Shown: positions 35,140-39,741 of the stretch, one piece after another
How positions within the stretch are numbered: position 1 is the stretch's first letter
How the letters are laid out: each line of letters begins with the position of its first letter
Virus record (IMG/VR): IMGVR_UViG_3300020045_018243
Coordinates: 1-39,741 of that record
Direction: 5' to 3' (one strand)
DNA length: 39,741 nucleotides
From: a virus
Taxonomy: Duplodnaviria > Caudoviricetes
Notes under the pieces: model-generated
What the model was told of the DNA's origin: nothing
Database searches by the model: none
Seen by the model: only the letters and a program-made list of their open reading frames with translations
Made by a program: the position numbers and the translations under genes

Positions 35140-35534
35140 CCGTTTTGTCCTTCACACTGAAACACGTGGTAATACTGCTCAGCATACTGATCGACTATGT
35201 TGAAAACCTCAGCCTTCTCATCGAAGGTCAGGCTATGCGCTTCGCCTTGACGAATGATCACGTTCACCTTGGTCTGCACGTACATATAGCCTTCCTTGAT
35301 GGACACGAATTTAAACGTCGCATTGCCACAGTTTTCGTCATCGGCGGTGAACTGAGTTGTGCAGGACAAGTGCTCAGTCCCAACCATCAGGCAGGTATCG
35401 ATCGCACCCGGCTCGCGCGACCAGCGGCTGAAGTCTGGGACCGTCTCAGCGGTCTGGGTAGTGATCGGGCCTTGGCTTGGATCGGTGCCGCAGGCGGTCA
35501 AAATCAGGGCGGTGAGCAATATTAGGGTTTTCAT
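35136..35534 (-). CDS. Lipoprotein (possible superinfection exclusion)
   Basis: MKTLILLTALILTA-C lipobox; four further Cys. Confidence 0.7.
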   Translation of the reverse strand: MKTLILLTALILTACGTDPSQGPITTQTAETVPDFSRWSREPGAIDTCLMVGTEHLSCTTQFTADDENCGNATFKFVSIKEGYMYVQTKVNVIIRQGEAHSLTFDEKAEVFNIVDQYAEQYYHVFQCEGQNG

Positions 35535-35773
35535 TATTTCTTACCTTTCAGCGCATTGCGCATTGTTTTGATTTCTTTCATGCAGGTTTCAAATGATTCG
35601 CCGGACCACGCGCTGATTTCCTTCGCCTTAACCTTATCTCCGCTTTTGTCGGATTCAGCTGCTAGCTTGATATCTCTCCAGTATTTCAACTTTGGGAAAT
35701 TCATGGCGTTTTCCTTTATGATATCTTTCCAGTATTTCAACTTCGGGGAATTCATGGCGTTTTCCCTTTTCAT
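35534..35773 (-). CDS. Small basic protein with internal 17-aa duplication (start uncertain)
   Basis: ENAMNxPKLKYWxDI twice. Confidence 0.55.
   Translation of the reverse strand: MKRENAMNSPKLKYWKDIIKENAMNFPKLKYWRDIKLAAESDKSGDKVKAKEISAWSGESFETCMKEIKTMRNALKGKK
35668..35765. repeat. Tandem duplication, period 51 bp (44 of 47 nt identical)
   Basis: 35668-35714 versus 35719-35765. Confidence 0.92.
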
Positions 35774-35810
35774 CTCTGCCCGGGTCCATTCCCGCGCCTT
35801 ATAAATACTC

Positions 35811-35837
35811 TTATCGGCATTTGTTCATAACAATTAA
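35811..35837 (-). promoter_or_regulatory. Putative sigma28 (FliA)-type promoter
   Basis: Minus strand reads TTAA-N15-GCCGATAA; consensus is TAAA-N15-GCCGATAA. Confidence 0.55.
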
Positions 35838-35911
35838 GTCTTTTTTTTTGTAAGAATCCAGGATATTCTGTGCCCAATGAATTCAACCGCATACGTTTGA
35901 GGTATCGCCTT

Positions 35912-36271
35912 ATGATTGACTATCAAGCTTACGCCAGGAATGAATTGCAGCCCTTTGACGGTTTCGCTGAAATCCAAAACGTCGATTTTGCTTTGGTAAT
36001 CCGGCTTTGGCAGACCGGCTGGCAGAGTAAAGCGTCCCGTTCCAGCTGGAACGCCAGCGGACAATTCGTGGTTCGGCAGGCGGGATATCCGAACGGAATT
36101 CCGGTCAACCACAACACCGCTCTCGCGACCGGAATCCCAGAGGGGACGATTTGCAAATTTCGTCCGTATCTGATGCTTTACACGGCGCAAGGGGACTTCG
36201 TTCCATGGGTTCCAACGGTTTCGGATATTCTCGCCACCGACTGGACCATCGAGATTTTGGAGCGCGTATGA
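35912..36271 (+). CDS. tad2: DUF2829 / Tad2-family anti-defence nucleotide-signal sponge
   Basis: KASRSSWN..GQFV...PYLMLYTAQGDFVPWVPTVSDILATDW signature; GAGGT RBS. Confidence 0.82.
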   Translation: MIDYQAYARNELQPFDGFAEIQNVDFALVIRLWQTGWQSKASRSSWNASGQFVVRQAGYPNGIPVNHNTALATGIPEGTICKFRPYLMLYTAQGDFVPWVPTVSDILATDWTIEILERV

Positions 36272-36540
36272 TCAAAGTAGCCCTGAGACTTTTGATCGCC
36301 TGTCTCCTATCCTCATGCGCATCAGTCCCCCCCCCGGCGGTCATCCACAAGACTACTTGGGTCCATTGCTGGCAGGCATGCGGGAAAGGTGATAGACTGA
36401 ACGCAGTTTCAACGGAAGCTTGCCATTGCCAGAACGGGGGAATCATTCCCCTCAACCCGCATGTTGAGTTACCGGAATCGGTGAAACCAAACGAAGCGGG
36501 TCTGTTCGATAGGATCATGGCCCTTTTCAAATCAGAATGA
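36268..36540 (+). CDS. Small Cys-rich lipoprotein
   Basis: LLSS-C lipobox; CWQAC...CHC; ATGA-coupled to tad2. Confidence 0.65.
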   Translation: MIKVALRLLIACLLSSCASVPPPAVIHKTTWVHCWQACGKGDRLNAVSTEACHCQNGGIIPLNPHVELPESVKPNEAGLFDRIMALFKSE

Positions 36541-36552
36541 GGAAATTCTCCA

Positions 36553-36906
36553 ATGGCTGATGAACTGACGAAAATGGATATCACAACCGTAGCTCACGGC
36601 GCAGCGGTTGAACTGTTTGACCACGCTATGCAGGAAGTCCTGAGCAACATTCTCGATGAGAACCGGAGCCCAACCGAGACGAGAAAGATTACCCTCACCT
36701 TCGAAATCAAGCCGAGCAAGGAACGCAATACCGCGAACGTCAGCATTCAGGCAAAAACCTCCCTGTCGGCCGTCATCAAGGCTGATTCGCTGATGTTCTT
36801 TCGCAAGGAACGGGGGAAACCCAAGGCCTACGCGCACAATTTCGAGGAACGTGAGATGTTCGATGAATCGGGCAATATCAAGTCAATCAAGGCTTATAAG
36901 GACTAA
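36553..36906 (+). CDS. Conserved phage protein (YfdP-like), full length, variant B
   Basis: GAGGA RBS; homolog of 1-305. Confidence 0.75.
   Translation: MADELTKMDITTVAHGAAVELFDHAMQEVLSNILDENRSPTETRKITLTFEIKPSKERNTANVSIQAKTSLSAVIKADSLMFFRKERGKPKAYAHNFEEREMFDESGNIKSIKAYKD
36593..36713. repeat. Exact 121-bp direct repeat, copy 2
   Basis: Identical to 1-121. Confidence 0.97.
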
Positions 36907-36911
36907 ACCCA

Positions 36912-37646
36912 ATGCTAAAAGATTTTCTGCAGTACGTGGTTGATGAATTTTCAAAAGTTCAAATTATCTATGATGACAGCCGAACTTTTTCATCAAGGCC
37001 GTTGACCCAGCTGACAACGCCTCTGCAAAAACCGCTGCACTTTAATACGCTGCAGAGTTTCGTGCAGTTCGCGAATCGACAGCTGGAAAACCTAGTCGAG
37101 GTTAAGAATCTGATCGCTCATGTTGTCGATGAAAAGGAAGTCCTCCTGCTGAGCGAGGACGTGGACTGCTATGCGCAGCGGATCTGTTATGCAAAAGCGA
37201 CAACCGCGCTGCAGCCTGAGGCATTCCCATTTGAGAGATACCTTTCGATCGAGGACTTTTTGATCAAACTCAGAACCAGATTCATTACCGACGCGGCCGT
37301 CGATGACCTGATTCGGGTGATCGGCAATATCAGCAGCGAATCCAAAATGGAAGTGACCGACGACGGTTTCACCCAGACCGTGGGTCAAAAAGCTGGGGTT
37401 GTTCTGAAAACCCGCGCCGAACTCCCGGCCGAAATCATGCTGGCACCGTTCCGAACTTTCCTGGAAGTCCAGCAGCCACCCAGTCCGTTCTTTGTTCGCG
37501 GTATCAAAACCTCTGACAATCCCATGACCCTTCCCCAGCTTGCCCTATTCCCGACAGACGGCGGCGCATGGCGCATGGAGGCAGTCAGCCGCATTGCCGA
37601 CTATCTCAGATCGCAGCTGGATGAATCGATCAAGGTATTGTCGTAA
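36912..37646 (+). CDS. DUF2303/YfdQ-like protein, variant B
   Basis: Homolog of 318-1025 (TDDGFTQTVGQKAGVVLK, PFRTFLEV, DGGAW). Confidence 0.7.
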   Translation: MLKDFLQYVVDEFSKVQIIYDDSRTFSSRPLTQLTTPLQKPLHFNTLQSFVQFANRQLENLVEVKNLIAHVVDEKEVLLLSEDVDCYAQRICYAKATTALQPEAFPFERYLSIEDFLIKLRTRFITDAAVDDLIRVIGNISSESKMEVTDDGFTQTVGQKAGVVLKTRAELPAEIMLAPFRTFLEVQQPPSPFFVRGIKTSDNPMTLPQLALFPTDGGAWRMEAVSRIADYLRSQLDESIKVLS

Positions 37647-38983
37647 TGGAATCAATCCGCAATCGAATCATAAAGACCGAGCCGGTTGACATTGACCGGC
37701 TCACGCCATTCCAGGGCACGCTCAAAGTCATGGATGACGCCCGGTTTAATAAACTGCGCAAGTCCTTGCTGGAGGAAGGTTTCAGTTTCACGGTCCACGT
37801 TTGGGAAAACGCAGACGTGATCTATATCATTGACGGGCACCAGCGCGTTTCAGTTCTGACGCAAATGCGCAAGCAGGGAATCGAAGTCCCAATGATAAAT
37901 TGCGCCTTTTTGTCTGCCAAAACCTATCGGGAAGCAAAAAAGCTGGTCCTGCTGGCTGTGTCGCAGTACGGCAAAATCAACAAAAAAGGATTCGCCGATT
38001 TCGTCCAGGGCGAGGACTTCGATTTTGGTGACTTCGATTTTCCTGACCTGAGTTTTGATCTGAATGACCTTTCGTTTGGGGACAGCCCGGAACCTGAAAA
38101 GGAATACAACGAATCGATAGAGGATGAAGTTCCTGAAACCGCGCCACCTCGAGTCAAACCAGGGGAAGTCTGGGAACTGGGGGGACACCGACTGAAATGC
38201 GGTGACAGCACATCGAGGGATGACGTGCAAAGCCTTTTCGGTGATCGAAAGGCAGCCCTTTGCTTCACGTCCCCACCGTACGCTGATCAGAGGGATTACA
38301 AAGGGGGGAAGGAACTGTCCACCGAGCACCTGGCCACGTTTATTTCGACAGCCGCGCCGTCATGCGAACTGTTCGCTGTGAACCTCGGCTTGGCAAGACG
38401 TGATCATGAGGTTGTGGAATATTGGGATGACTATATCAACGAATCTCGAGTTGCAGGGCTAAAGCTTTTGAGCTGGAACGTATGGGACAAAGGCGAAGCC
38501 GGTTCCATTGGGAATCAAACCGCAATGTTCGCAATCACGCATGAATGGATATTTGTTTTTGGAAAACAAACAATGGAACTGAAAAGAACCGTTCCGAACA
38601 AGCGGCATGGAACAGATACGGGAAGAACAATCAGGCAGGCAGACGGAACATTGAAGGAAACGGAATCCAGTATTATTTCAGAATTCAGTCAGTTGAGAAC
38701 TGTATATGCAGTCTCCCCGCAAAAGGCCAGGGATGACATTGACCATCCTGCACGCTTCCCTGTTCAGTTTCCTCTGGGATATATCGAAGCCTGCACAGAC
38801 CCAGGCGATTGGGTTTATGAACCATTTTGCGGATCAGGAACCACAATCATAGCTGCAGAAAAGACAGGCAGAAAATGCCTTGGAATGGAGCTAGATCCTG
38901 GGTATTGCGATATCATTATCCAAAGATGGGAAACCATAACCGGCGAAAAAGCAGTCCTGCTAACAGGGAGGGAACAGGATTGA
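37646..38983 (+). CDS. ParB-like N-terminal domain fused to a beta-class N4/N6 DNA methyltransferase
   Basis: IIDGHQR (ParB/Srx); FTSPPY motif IV; HPARFP; EPFCGSGTT SAM-binding motif. Confidence 0.92.
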   Translation: MESIRNRIIKTEPVDIDRLTPFQGTLKVMDDARFNKLRKSLLEEGFSFTVHVWENADVIYIIDGHQRVSVLTQMRKQGIEVPMINCAFLSAKTYREAKKLVLLAVSQYGKINKKGFADFVQGEDFDFGDFDFPDLSFDLNDLSFGDSPEPEKEYNESIEDEVPETAPPRVKPGEVWELGGHRLKCGDSTSRDDVQSLFGDRKAALCFTSPPYADQRDYKGGKELSTEHLATFISTAAPSCELFAVNLGLARRDHEVVEYWDDYINESRVAGLKLLSWNVWDKGEAGSIGNQTAMFAITHEWIFVFGKQTMELKRTVPNKRHGTDTGRTIRQADGTLKETESSIISEFSQLRTVYAVSPQKARDDIDHPARFPVQFPLGYIEACTDPGDWVYEPFCGSGTTIIAAEKTGRKCLGMELDPGYCDIIIQRWETITGEKAVLLTGREQD

Positions 38984-39351
38984 CAAATCTAAAACCCGCA
39001 AACGCATGGCAGAAAGGGCAATCAGGCAATCCAAGCGGTCGGCCTAAGCTTCCCGATTCAACCCAAAGGCTCAAGGACGAATGCAAAATTGCAGCTATTG
39101 AGGCATTATGCAAGGCCATGGCAATGAACAGGGATCAGCTTGCAGCGGTCGCAGAAGATCGGCAAGCGCCTGCAGCCTTGCTCCTAGCGGCGTCCTTAGT
39201 TCATAAAACGATCAAAACAGCGTGCCCGATTCGGGCGAATTTCATTTTCCAATACATCGTCGGCAAGCCGGAAACCTATGTCCAGGACCCGCCAGAAACC
39301 AATCCCGACGAGAATACAATCAGGCTGGCATATTCAAAGGCCGACCTGTGA
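38980..39351 (+). CDS. terS: Terminase small subunit, variant B (DUF5681-type N-terminus)
   Basis: NLKP..WQKGQSGNPSGRPK; TTG start overlapping the MTase stop; directly before the terL 5' end. Confidence 0.75.
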   Translation: MTNLKPANAWQKGQSGNPSGRPKLPDSTQRLKDECKIAAIEALCKAMAMNRDQLAAVAEDRQAPAALLLAASLVHKTIKTACPIRANFIFQYIVGKPETYVQDPPETNPDENTIRLAYSKADL

Positions 39352-39516
39352 CCCTTCAGGACCTCGAAAATCAGGCCGTGGCCGCACGGGTCAGTGAGCC
39401 CTGCCTGACAGGTTTCATTCCGTTCGGATACCAGCGGGAGGTCCTTTCCCTCATCCTCAGCCATGACTATTCGAGGTTTACGCCTGAGATACTCCTGTCT
39501 GGCTCCGTTGGCTCCG
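39348..39516 (+). pseudogene. terL: 5' fragment of a second terL allele, cut at Walker A by the inversion junction
   Basis: FIPFGYQREVL...TPEILLSGSVGS matches the terL N-terminus at 2129. Confidence 0.85.
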
Positions 39517-39741
39517 ATGAGGATTTTCGCGTTTCGTCCACTTTCGTATAGCAGATTCCATAGCCTGCAGCGGTTGTCACGTGCTGGTAGCGTTGACTGT
39601 CGTCTTCCAGAGCTGTGCCTGGGTTCTTTCTGGCCCGCTTCATTCCCCGGTTTAGAACGGGACAGGTCTTGTACACAAATATGCGGACTTCCAGCTTTGC
39701 ATTTTGACACAGAGCGTTTACCGTTGTCCACCGTTCGACCA
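39511..39741 (-). repeat. Inverted copy of the terL 3' end (3237-3467), 227 of 231 nt identical
   Basis: Reverse complement alignment by eye; four mismatches clustered at about 39623-39648. Confidence 0.95.

Noticed and set aside
39611-39660. Diversity-generating retroelement template/variable pair from clustered mismatches versus terL
   Set aside because: No reverse transcriptase; the changes are not adenine-specific; the location at the contig end suggests read error or allele difference

Overview
This looks like an essentially complete tailed dsDNA phage genome (siphovirus-like Caudoviricetes) with a circular unit of about 36.6 kb: bases 1-121 recur exactly at 36593-36713. Gene order is terS/terL, portal, head genes, tail tube, frameshifted tail chaperones, tape measure, tail tip and fibre, an accessory/lysis block, a leftward RecE/RecT early operon, a plasmid-like RepL/KfrA region, two small RNAs and a Tad2-type anti-defence gene. 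The window then ends with a second, divergent version of the packaging module (36593-39510: ParB-methyltransferase, an unrelated terS, a terL 5' end) fused to an inverted copy of the terL 3' end. The ends most likely reflect two co-assembled phage variants plus a fold-back chimera. Most notable features: (1) an exported c-type heme cluster of two CxxCH lipoproteins, YceI and a CxxCH beta-barrel, with candidate promoters, around the lysis genes; (2) a 134-nt tRNA/tmRNA-like structured RNA with a possible pseudoknot, next to an atypical tRNA-His; (3) two unrelated small terminases that share a C-terminal (V/I)(K/R)LAY tail; (4) no recognisable integrase or replisome genes, but a plasmid-like origin region. 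A diderm, cytochrome-c-maturing host (possibly Bdellovibrionota/Oligoflexia) is inferred, not shown. All family assignments come from motif recognition by eye; no searches were run.
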